A stretch of 14,090 nt of DNA from Thermoproteota archaeon (GTDB lineage: Archaea > Korarchaeota > Korarchaeia > B14-G2): NCBI GenBank assembly GCA_037917675.1, contig JAVCBW010000017.1:1-14090 (forward strand). Direction: 5' to 3'. This document shows positions 1 through 7,500 of this stretch, one piece after another (within the stretch, counting starts at the first letter, position 1; each line of letters opens with the position of its first letter). The notes under the pieces are model-generated. The model was not told the origin of the DNA and searched no databases. It saw nothing but the letters and a program-made list of their open reading frames with translations. A program made the translations under genes and the position numbers.

Positions 1-1616
1 GCCCTCACAGTGCTCATGGAGAAGGCTCTCCTAGCTGAGATCGCTGAGAAGAGGCTGTGAAGCATCATCTTTGCTAAAGCTGAGGCAGCTATAGCATAAG
101 CCCATGCTCCAGCCAGCATGGCCACCAGCATGGCAGCAGCGCTCTCACCTAGCCCAAACACTAGGCCACATGTGAAGCCAGCTAGCCCAGCTTCAGCAGG
201 GTCTCTAGGCGTAGCCAGGAGAGCAGCCTTAACCTTAGCGAGCTCCTCGACGACTGGAGCCCAAAGCGCCATGAGAGCCACCAGCTCTAGCCAAGCTGCT
301 TCTCTGAGAGCTATGGCTGCAGGAGCCTCAGCTACCACAGCTAAAGCTAGGGCTAGAGCTCCGCTAGCAGCTGCCTTAGCAGCTACCCTAGGTGACCTCG
401 AGATGAGAGGCTCTGCTGCAGCTCCTGTGGCAGCTAGGAGCTCACATGCAATGATAGCTGAAGCTCCAGCTAGAGAAGCTGTGAAAGCTGCATAGGGTAG
501 GAGATCCTGTAGGCTGTATGCTATGCCTGAAGCTATGTTCACGAGTAGTGGGACATGGAAGATCTTGCTCAATACACCTAGCGCTCTGCCAGCTAGAGCT
601 GCAACGGGGTTTGCTCTCAGCGAGACTGGAGCTATGTTAGCTATGACAATCCCACCGACCAGGAACGAGTAGATGACGTTTGCCTCCCTAGAGTCTCTTG
701 AGAAGGCTGAGATCGCTACTCCTATACTCGATACAGCTAGGCCGAAGAGGGCCTCTAGGGCAGCTAGAGCAGCCTTCCCTCTCATCTCGACTCCAATAGC
801 GTCAAGTAGCGCAACCCAGCTGAGAAATAGGCTAGCTGATGCCACAGTGTATGTCAGGATCTTCCCAGCGACTATAGCTCTCCAGGAGACTGGAAGAGAG
901 AGTAGGAGCTCGAGAGTCCTCCTATCCCTCTCACCTGCAATGGATTCTGCTATGAATGCTGCTGTGGTTATGTAGGGGAGCATCAGGGTGAATGCTATAG
1001 CTGTATCCCTGAGCATTGCAGCATAGCCTCCAGCGTAGCTTGGAAGCTCACCGCCAACAGACCTGAAGTCAAGCGTGATAGGGGAGAGGACGCTTGGGCT
1101 CAGCCCAGCCTCTCTGACCTCCTCTAGGGCAGCCTTCCTAGACAGCTCTCTGACTACAGAGGAAATGGCGCTAACAGCTATAACAGACCTGTAGTTGCTG
1201 TTGTTGGCTACCAGAAGCACTTCTCCACCGCTTTCACCAAGCTCAGAGAGGTCTAGGACAGCAACACTCCTCCCAGCTCTCATCTGCTTCACTGCCTCAT
1301 CTAGGCTACTACACCTGATGAGCTCAACAGCCTCCTGCTCTCCAAGCATCCTCTCGAGCTCCAGAGCCCACCTAGAGCAGCCTTGGACCACTGAGACAGG
1401 GATGAGCTTAGCTAGCCCAGTCCTAGCCACAACCTCACCTACCTTCTCAGGTGACATAGACTCAACTGCCTCGACCACGCTGCTGGTAGAGTAGAGCCTA
1501 GCTACTCCCCCGAGCACAAGCACAACAAGCGTCCCAAAGAGCGATGCCAGCAGGAATCTCCTGTCTAGCAGGGAATCTAAAGCCTCTCTCTCCACTACAG
1601 CCAGCAGCCTAAGCAC
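1..1616 (-). CDS. ABC-2 type (NatB-like) exporter permease with probable C-terminal PrsW-family intramembrane glutamic protease domain; 3' end runs off the window
   Basis: Not in the ORF track. I translated it by hand from GTG at 1616-1614, which overlaps the ATPase stop by 8 nt, and found no stop before base 1. It begins with a TM segment (MLRLLAVVEREALDSLLDRRFLLASLFGTLVVLVLGG), then a soluble loop, then the ABC-2 signature ESIAGERDRRTLELLLSLPVSWRAIVAGKIL and further TM helices. Near the end are APVVEELAK, GLVFGLGE and MMLH. Confidence 0.9.
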   Translation of the reverse strand, partial: MLRLLAVVEREALDSLLDRRFLLASLFGTLVVLVLGGVARLYSTSSVVEAVESMSPEKVGEVVARTGLAKLIPVSVVQGCSRWALELERMLGEQEAVELIRCSSLDEAVKQMRAGRSVAVLDLSELGESGGEVLLVANNSNYRSVIAVSAISSVVRELSRKAALEEVREAGLSPSVLSPITLDFRSVGGELPSYAGGYAAMLRDTAIAFTLMLPYITTAAFIAESIAGERDRRTLELLLSLPVSWRAIVAGKILTYTVASASLFLSWVALLDAIGVEMRGKAALAALEALFGLAVSSIGVAISAFSRDSREANVIYSFLVGGIVIANIAPVSLRANPVAALAGRALGVLSKIFHVPLLVNIASGIAYSLQDLLPYAAFTASLAGASAIIACELLAATGAAAEPLISRSPRVAAKAAASGALALALAVVAEAPAAIALREAAWLELVALMALWAPVVEELAKVKAALLATPRDPAEAGLAGFTCGLVFGLGESAAAMLVAMLAGAWAYAIAASALAKMMLHSLFSAISARRAFSMSTVR

Positions 1617-2520
1617 CTGAAATCACCTTCAAAACAAGCTCCTCCATCCTCTCTGCTCCAGCTTCAACTCTATCCAGCCTCACGCCAGCTGAGGCAGCTG
1701 CATCCGCCACCTCATGGAGAGCCTTTGATAGAGGCATGCTACACCTGACTACAGCACGCCCCCTCTCACCCTCCACCTCAAGCCCTCTCTCAGCAAGCTC
1801 CCTGATGAACCTCTCTGACGGAGGAGAGTACAGGATGCGGATAGAAGATCCGCTGAGCTTCATGAAGCTAGCTGAGCTACCAAAGTACCTGACTGACCCC
1901 CCTGATATCAGGAGGACTTTATCAGCTAGCTCGTCGACCTCATGTACATGGTGTGTAGTATAGAGCACAGCCTTCCCGTGGTCAGCTAGCCCCCTCACAA
2001 ACCTCCTGAGCTCAATAGAGCTCACGACGTCGAGGCCTGCAGCAGGCTCATCAAGCAAGAGGACTTCAGAGTCCCTAGTGAGAAGCTGAGCTAGGATAAG
2101 CCTCCTAGCAAGCCCTCTGCTCAATGCTCCTGCCCTCCTACCCCTGAGCTCCCAAAGCCCCATGAGCACTAGAGCTCTCCTAGCTCTCCTCTCAGCCTCC
2201 TCTCCACTATACCCTGACAGCCTAGCGTATAAGATGGTATTCCTCCAGACTGAGAGCCCACCTAGGACTCCAGCTTCCTCAGGGAGGTAGCCTACCATAT
2301 CTCTCACAGCTGTGCTCCTGACACTCACACCACCCACATAGGCTTCACCCCAGCTTGGCTGGGTCACTCCAGAGAGCACCCTCATCAAGGTGGTTTTCCC
2401 AGCTCCATTTGGCCCAGCTACAAGACAGAAGTCCCCTCCCTTGAGCTCGAAGCTCACATCCTTGAGCGCCACAGCGCTCCCATAGAGCTTCCATAGGCCT
2501 CTACAGACCACGCTGGCCAT
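1609..2520 (-). CDS. ABC exporter ATP-binding subunit (CcmA/NatA-like)
   Basis: Walker A GPNGAGKTT, Q-loop region YLPEE, variant signature LSRGL, Walker B LLLDEP and H-switch YTTHH. Overlaps the start of the permease gene. Confidence 0.95.
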   Translation of the reverse strand: MASVVCRGLWKLYGSAVALKDVSFELKGGDFCLVAGPNGAGKTTLMRVLSGVTQPSWGEAYVGGVSVRSTAVRDMVGYLPEEAGVLGGLSVWRNTILYARLSGYSGEEAERRARRALVLMGLWELRGRRAGALSRGLARRLILAQLLTRDSEVLLLDEPAAGLDVVSSIELRRFVRGLADHGKAVLYTTHHVHEVDELADKVLLISGGSVRYFGSSASFMKLSGSSIRILYSPPSERFIRELAERGLEVEGERGRAVVRCSMPLSKALHEVADAAASAGVRLDRVEAGAERMEELVLKVISGA

Positions 2521-2555
2521 GGCTCCCTGAGCCTAGGCTAGATTGCTGTGAGCAA

Positions 2556-2568
2556 CCTTATAAAGCTA
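2556..2568. promoter_or_regulatory. Probable bidirectional TATA element between the divergent ABC ATPase gene and the 108-aa gene
   Basis: CCTTATAAAGCTA is the only AT-rich box in the 74-bp gap. TTATAAA (2558-2564) lies about 30 nt before ATG 2595 and about 37 nt before the minus-strand ATG 2520. Confidence 0.6.
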
Positions 2569-2594
2569 CCACACAAACCCCAGCTAGATGATAG

Positions 2595-2921
2595 ATGAAT
2601 GTAGGCGATGCCCTAGCTAAGATAGCTGAGCTAGCCTCGTCACTCTACCCTAAGAGGAGCAGCGACATAGCTAGGGCAGCGAGCAGAGCCTTTGGAGCCT
2701 TAAGGGGGAGGAACGTAGACTTCGATGTCCTCAGCGTCACTGTAGAGAGCGACAAGCTCGTGAAGAGAAGGAGGTTCATAAGCGTACATGTCGAGGTCTA
2801 CAACGTAGAGCCAGATGAGCTCATCAAGCTCTATGGGTCAGTAGTGAAGAGGATTAGGATGGTTCTAGGCCCAAGAGACTCAACAAGGCTCATGTTCACA
2901 ATCCAAGCTGCCCAGCCATAG
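2595..2921 (+). CDS. Hypothetical protein, 108 aa, small alpha/beta
   Basis: Fills the gap with codon usage like its neighbours and has a TATA box at a suitable distance. No family recognised with confidence. Confidence 0.75.
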   Translation: MNVGDALAKIAELASSLYPKRSSDIARAASRAFGALRGRNVDFDVLSVTVESDKLVKRRRFISVHVEVYNVEPDELIKLYGSVVKRIRMVLGPRDSTRLMFTIQAAQP

Positions 2922-2972
2922 CAGCTGGGCGTGGAGGGCCTAAGCAGCCTACCTGCCTTAGCTCACCTAGTG

Positions 2973-2986
2973 GAAACGGTTTAATA
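2973..2986 (+). promoter_or_regulatory. BRE-TATA promoter of the thiolase operon
   Basis: Purine-rich GAAACGG followed by TTTAATA (2980-2986), about 31 nt upstream of GTG 3018. Confidence 0.6.
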
Positions 2987-3017
2987 GAGTATGCTGCTTT
3001 CTGGACTGGTGTCCTCA

Positions 3018-4184
3018 GTGAGGAAAGTAGCTGTCATAGGGGTAGGCCAGTCGAAGTTCGGGAACAGGCAGGACGTGAACGTGGCTGAGCTGACCTTTGA
3101 GGCTGTCAAGCCTGCTGTAGAAGACGCTGGGATAGACCCTAAGAGCGTTGAGCTCGTTACAGTAGGGACAGCTGGAGGCTGGTATGAGGAGTACCTCCCA
3201 GCTGTGGTGGCAAGCGAGTACTGTGGCTTCACTGGCGCAGGCCTGATGAGATGTGAGGCAGCCTGTGCAAGCGGCTCAGCTGCATTCTATGCAGCCTACA
3301 CTGCTATAGCATCAGGGCAGGTAGACCTGGCTGTGGCGATAGGTGTGGAGAAGATGCGTGAGGTAGACACCCCCACCACAGTAGAGCTCATAGGGAGAGC
3401 AGGCTACTACCTATGGGAGTTCCACAACTTCGGCATGACGTTCCCAGCCTACTACGCGATGCATGCCACAGCACACATGGCTAAGTACGGGACCACAGAA
3501 GAGGACCTAGCGCTAGTCGCAGTCAAAAACCACAAGTATGCTGCCAAGAACCCCCTAGCCCACTTCCAGAAGGAGATAACCCTAGAGGAGGCTCTCGGAT
3601 CCTTCCCAGTAGCATGGCCGCTCAAGCTATATGACTGCTGTCCGATAAGCGACGGGGCAGCTGCAGCCATCCTGGCTTCAGAGGAGAAGGTCAAGGAGCT
3701 TGGAGTGCAGGAGCCAGTGTGGGTAGCTGGCATAGGAAGCAGCTGTGGGACAGCAAACCTAAGCAAGAGGCCAAGCTACGTCGGGCTCATGGCAGCTGTC
3801 AAGGCAGCTGATCTAGCATACAGGCAGGCTAAGCTGAGACCAGAGGACATAGAGGTAGCGTGTGTCCACGACTGCTTCACGATAGCTGAGATAATGGCAT
3901 ACGAGGACCTAGGCTTCTGTAAGAAGGGAGAGGGGGCGAAGCTGATAAGAGAGGGGCAGACTGAGATAGGAGGTAGGATCCCAGTGAACGTCGATGGAGG
4001 CCTTAAGGCGAAGGGCCATCCAATAGGGGCAACAGGAGTTGCGATGATATATGAGCTCGTGAAGCAGCTCAGAGAGCAGGCTCAGCTCAGAAGCAGGCAA
4101 GTCCCACTCGAGAACTACATTGCTCTAGCCCACAACGTAGGTGGGACAGGACACTACTGCTATGTCACAATTCTCAAGAGGTGA
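3018..4184 (+). CDS. Archaeal acetyl-CoA C-acyltransferase (thiolase, SCP2-thiolase/HDCF type)
   Basis: Catalytic Cys in CEAACASG, plus GVEKM, VHDCF, KGHPIGATG and HNVGG. I prefer the start GTG 3018 (MRKVAVIGVG, GGTG at 3008-3011) to the track's ATG 2991, which is only 4 nt after the TATA box. Confidence 0.95.
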   Translation: MRKVAVIGVGQSKFGNRQDVNVAELTFEAVKPAVEDAGIDPKSVELVTVGTAGGWYEEYLPAVVASEYCGFTGAGLMRCEAACASGSAAFYAAYTAIASGQVDLAVAIGVEKMREVDTPTTVELIGRAGYYLWEFHNFGMTFPAYYAMHATAHMAKYGTTEEDLALVAVKNHKYAAKNPLAHFQKEITLEEALGSFPVAWPLKLYDCCPISDGAAAAILASEEKVKELGVQEPVWVAGIGSSCGTANLSKRPSYVGLMAAVKAADLAYRQAKLRPEDIEVACVHDCFTIAEIMAYEDLGFCKKGEGAKLIREGQTEIGGRIPVNVDGGLKAKGHPIGATGVAMIYELVKQLREQAQLRSRQVPLENYIALAHNVGGTGHYCYVTILKR

Positions 4185-4189
4185 GTGAG

Positions 4190-4624
4190 ATGGCATCTGG
4201 CTACGCGACACTCAAGTCTAGGCCGCTCAAGCTCGTCTTCAACATACCGATAAGCAGGATAGAGAGGTTCTGGCAGGGCCTCAAGGAGGGCAAGGTCCTA
4301 GCGACGAAGTGTAAGAGGTGTGGGAAGATGTTCTTCCCTCCTGCAGCAGACTGCTCAGAGTGCTACTCACAGGAAATGGAGTGGATTGAGCTCAGCGGCG
4401 AGGGCGAACTGGAGACTTTCACACATGTCCTAGTCAGGCCAGCCAGCTTCCAAGATGAGGAGCCATACACAGTTGCCATAGCGAAGATGAAGGAGGAGGT
4501 CAAGGTGCTAGCCTGGATAAAGGATGCTGACCCAACTGAGCTTAAGGTTGGGATGAAGGTTAAGCTCAAAGCTGACACGACGCCAGATGGGGAGCTAACC
4601 TACGTGTTTGTCCCAGCTGAGTAG
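4190..4624 (+). CDS. DUF35-family Zn-ribbon/OB-fold protein (thiolase partner)
   Basis: CKRC...PP...CSEC zinc ribbon, then an OB-fold segment (GELETFT, PYTVAIA, LKVGMKV), directly after the thiolase. I prefer ATG 4190 because GAGGTGA lies at 4178-4184; the track uses GTG 4181. Confidence 0.93.
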   Translation: MASGYATLKSRPLKLVFNIPISRIERFWQGLKEGKVLATKCKRCGKMFFPPAADCSECYSQEMEWIELSGEGELETFTHVLVRPASFQDEEPYTVAIAKMKEEVKVLAWIKDADPTELKVGMKVKLKADTTPDGELTYVFVPAE

Positions 4625-4663
4625 CTTTAAAACAGTAGCTGAGCTAGGGTGTGTGGTGGGCTC

Positions 4664-5845
4664 ATGGAGGTAAAGAAGGTTGCTGTGATAGGAGCTGGAA
4701 CCATGGGCCATGGCATAGCCCAGATAATGGCCATGGCAGGCCTAGATGTGAGGCTAGTCGACATAAGCGAAGAGATACTAGAGAAGGCTCTTGAGAAGAT
4801 AAAGTGGAGCCTACAGAAGTTCGCTGAGAAGAAGAAGATAAGGCCAGAGGAGGTAGAGGAGGCGATGGGCAGGATAAAGACTACAACTAGCTTAGAGGAG
4901 GCATGCAAGGACATAGACTTGATGGTGGAGGCTGCCCCAGAGAACATGGACCTCAAGAAGAAGATATTCTCAGCAGCAGACCAGGTAGCTCCACCCCACG
5001 CGATACTCGCAACAAACACGTCAAGCCTCAGCATAACAGAGATCTCAGAGGCGACAAGGAGGCCAGACAAGGTTGTTGGCCTCCACTTCTTCAACCCGCC
5101 TCAGCTCATGCCTCTCCTAGAGGTCATTAGGGGAGCCCACACAAGCGACGAAACCCTCCAGAAGGCAGTTGAGATAGGAAAGCTCCTCAAAAAGACAGTT
5201 GTAGTAGTCAGGAAGGACGTCAGAGGGTTCATAGTCAACGGCGTCCTTGGAGCCGTAATGAACGAGGCCTTCTGGGCAGTATACAGGGGAGAGGCGACAA
5301 TAGAGGAGGTAGATGCAGCAACAAAGTTCAAGCTAGGCTTTCCAATGGGGATGTTCGAGCTAGCTGACTTCGTAGGCCTAGACATACTAGCGGCAGTCTC
5401 GAAGGTCATGTATGAGGCGTTCGGTGATAGAGCTAAGCCATGCCCAATCCTAGAGGAGTATGTGAAGAGAGGTGAGCTAGGCCAGAAGACTGGGAAGGGC
5501 TTCTACGACTGGAGCAAGGGGAGGCCTGTCATAAAGTTCCAGCTAGCTGGAAAGTTCGACCACAGAAGGCTCCAGGCTGTAGCAGCCAATGCAGCAGCCT
5601 GGCTCGTATACGACGATGTAGCTGACCCCAAGGACATAGACACAGCAATGAAGTACGGGACAGGCTGGCCTCAAGGACCATGTGAGATGGCTGACAAGGT
5701 AGGCATAGACACGATAGTGAACAAGCTGAACGAGCTATATGAGAAGCACAAGGAGGAGATGTATAAGCCATGCCCGCTCCTAGCAGGGTATGTTGAGAAG
5801 GGGTGGCTAGGCAAGAAGTCGAAGAGGGGCTTCTATGAGTACTGA
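4664..5845 (+). CDS. 3-hydroxyacyl-CoA dehydrogenase (NAD-binding domain plus two C-terminal dimerisation domains)
   Basis: Rossmann motif VIGAGTMGHGIA, EAAPE, NTSSL and catalytic HFFNP...LLEV. The C-domain occurs twice (PMGMFELAD...GQKTGKGFY and PQGPCEMAD...GKKSKRGFY). I prefer ATG 4664 after GGTGGG; the track uses 4649. Confidence 0.95.
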   Translation: MEVKKVAVIGAGTMGHGIAQIMAMAGLDVRLVDISEEILEKALEKIKWSLQKFAEKKKIRPEEVEEAMGRIKTTTSLEEACKDIDLMVEAAPENMDLKKKIFSAADQVAPPHAILATNTSSLSITEISEATRRPDKVVGLHFFNPPQLMPLLEVIRGAHTSDETLQKAVEIGKLLKKTVVVVRKDVRGFIVNGVLGAVMNEAFWAVYRGEATIEEVDAATKFKLGFPMGMFELADFVGLDILAAVSKVMYEAFGDRAKPCPILEEYVKRGELGQKTGKGFYDWSKGRPVIKFQLAGKFDHRRLQAVAANAAAWLVYDDVADPKDIDTAMKYGTGWPQGPCEMADKVGIDTIVNKLNELYEKHKEEMYKPCPLLAGYVEKGWLGKKSKRGFYEY

Positions 5846-6638
5846 ATTCGAGAACATAGAGCTTAGGAAAGAGGACAGGATAGCCTGGATAGTCCTGAAC
5901 AGGCCACACAGGCTAAACGCCCTCACCCTCGAGCTGATGGAGGAGCTGTCAAAGGCCCTAGACCAGCTCGAGAAGGATAATGAAGTCAGAGCAATAGTGG
6001 TGACTGGAGCAGGAGAACGCGCATTCAGTGTGGGTGCAGACATAACAGCATTCACCACGATGGAGGAAGAGGGCTCTAGAGCACTACTTATGGCTAAGGT
6101 CTCTGAAGCAGGCCAGAAGGTCATAGAGAAGATAGAGAGGATCCCAAAGCCTGTTATAGCAGCGATAAGAGGATACTGCCTCGGTGGAGGAATGGAGATA
6201 GCATTGGCATGTGACTTCAGGATTGCAAGCGAGGACGCTGAGCTAGGGCAGCCTGAGATAAACCTGGGAATAATACCAGGGTGGGGTGGAACTCAGAGGA
6301 TGGTCAGGATAATAGGCCTAGGGAGAGCGAAGGAGCTCCTAATGCTAGGAGACAGGATTAAAGCTGAGGAAGCATACAGGATAGGCTTGGTAAACAGGGT
6401 GGTTCCAGCAGATAAGCTTGAAGAGGAGGCTAAAGCTCTAGCTGAGAAGCTTGCTAAAAAGGCGCCAATAGCAGTCATGTACATCAAGTACGCCACAAAC
6501 TTCGGGAGCCAAGCCCCCCTCCTGACAGGCCTCACGCTAGAGTCGCTAGCATTTGGCATAACACTCTCAACAGAAGACGCAATAGAGGGCATATCAGCAT
6601 TCCTATCAAAGAGAGAGCCTGAGTTCAAGGGTAAATAG
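5835..6638 (+). CDS. Enoyl-CoA hydratase (crotonase family)
   Basis: LNRPHRLNAL, AFSVGADI, GGGMEIALACDFR and GQPEINLGIIPGWGG, with both catalytic Glu residues. Overlaps the dehydrogenase stop by 11 nt. Confidence 0.95.
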   Translation: MSTEFENIELRKEDRIAWIVLNRPHRLNALTLELMEELSKALDQLEKDNEVRAIVVTGAGERAFSVGADITAFTTMEEEGSRALLMAKVSEAGQKVIEKIERIPKPVIAAIRGYCLGGGMEIALACDFRIASEDAELGQPEINLGIIPGWGGTQRMVRIIGLGRAKELLMLGDRIKAEEAYRIGLVNRVVPADKLEEEAKALAEKLAKKAPIAVMYIKYATNFGSQAPLLTGLTLESLAFGITLSTEDAIEGISAFLSKREPEFKGK

Positions 6639-6646
6639 TCCAATCC

Positions 6647-6659
6647 CAACATTTTGTTG
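6647..6659 (+). terminator. Possible terminator (short hairpin containing a T-run) after the thiolase operon
   Basis: CAACA-TTT-TGTTG inverted repeat 8 nt after the hydratase stop. Confidence 0.3.
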
Positions 6660-6857
6660 ATGCCTCAGCCTAAGCTATGGGAGTCCAATAGGCTAGAAGC
6701 CATCCCACAAGCCTACAGCAGAGAAGCTTAGCTCAAGCTACCTGCTCGATTCGATGAAAGCTACGCAGGCAAGGAAGGTATCACCCAGCTAGGCGCCTCT
6801 GAAAGCTTAGCTAAGCTCGCTCAGGAAGCCTCCAGAAACATAGGCTCTGTGGTGGCT

Positions 6858-7205
6858 TCAGCCTCTAGCCTTCCTGACTACATCGAGTACTCTGCCGAAC
6901 TTTATGGCTTCTGGCAGAGGCCCTATGATCTGATACTTCTTCATCATGAATGCTTTTGTAGGGTCGAGCTCACCTAGAGCCATCTTGTAAAAGACTTCCT
7001 CAGGCCCCTTGAATGTGAGGTCAGGCTTATCATGCTTTCCATCAAAGAGCTTCACCTCTCCCCTCTCGACTCTCAGGTAAAAGGGCTCTTCCCCTTCTAT
7101 CTCAAACTGGAGGACTCTATCCCAGCCCTGAAGGAGCCTCCTAGCATCCTCGACACTGTTTATGGCCTCAACTATCTTAGAGAACTCATCCTTAACACGT
7201 CCCAT
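6858..7205 (-). CDS. Stand-alone SCP2 (sterol carrier protein 2) lipid/acyl-CoA-binding domain protein, about 115 aa
   Basis: SCP2 pattern LQFEIEG...FYLRVERGEV...G...KPDLTF...VFYKMALGELDPTKAFM.KKYQIIG. I prefer ATG 7205 (MGRVKDEF) because a minus-strand TTTATTA box (7244-7238) lies inside the track's longer N-terminus (7253). Confidence 0.88.
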   Translation of the reverse strand: MGRVKDEFSKIVEAINSVEDARRLLQGWDRVLQFEIEGEEPFYLRVERGEVKLFDGKHDKPDLTFKGPEEVFYKMALGELDPTKAFMMKKYQIIGPLPEAIKFGRVLDVVRKARG

Positions 7206-7237
7206 AGTCTTGCCTACCAACGCATCTAGCACTACAG

Positions 7238-7244
7238 TAATAAA
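7238..7244 (-). promoter_or_regulatory. TATA box of the SCP2 gene
   Basis: The minus strand reads GGTTAAG-TTTATTA about 32 nt upstream of ATG 7205. Confidence 0.5.
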
Positions 7245-7461
7245 CTTAACCACTAACCTCCTATAGCGGTCGTCTAAGTACCATCCTGTAGACTGCTACC
7301 TCTACCACGATGCCAGCAGCTACAGGCTAGGTGAAGCCAGAGTCCATGTGCCTACTAGGCCAGAGCTCACCTCAGAGGAGCTCTTAAACGAACTTAGCTC
7401 ATTAAGCTGTCTCCTGGAAAGCGTCTTCTCCATCGAGGTCTAGCTGAGGCTGCATCAACTC

Positions 7462-7468
7462 TTATTAA
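7462..7468 (+). promoter_or_regulatory. TATA box of the nitroreductase operon
   Basis: TTATTAA about 32 nt upstream of ATG 7501, with a GGTG RBS-like motif at 7491-7494. Confidence 0.5.
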
Positions 7469-7500
7469 CCATGCTCTAGAGGGCATAGCTGGTGCCTTAG

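Noticed and set aside
118-1963. Plus-strand ORFs 118-495, 673-975, 1195-1494 and 1736-1963
   Set aside because: Ser/Ala-rich antisense shadows of the minus-strand permease and ATPase, which carry the real motifs.
2965-2977. CCTAGTGGAAAC resembles an archaeal origin recognition box (TCCAGTGGAAAC)
   Set aside because: Single mismatched copy, no G-string, no cdc6/orc1 gene and no AT-rich unwinding element. It is better explained as the BRE region of the thiolase promoter.
6751-6802. Possible C/D box sRNA (TCGATGA ... CTGA, 52 nt)
   Set aside because: The C box is imperfect, I find no convincing internal D'/C' boxes, and I cannot identify a guide target.
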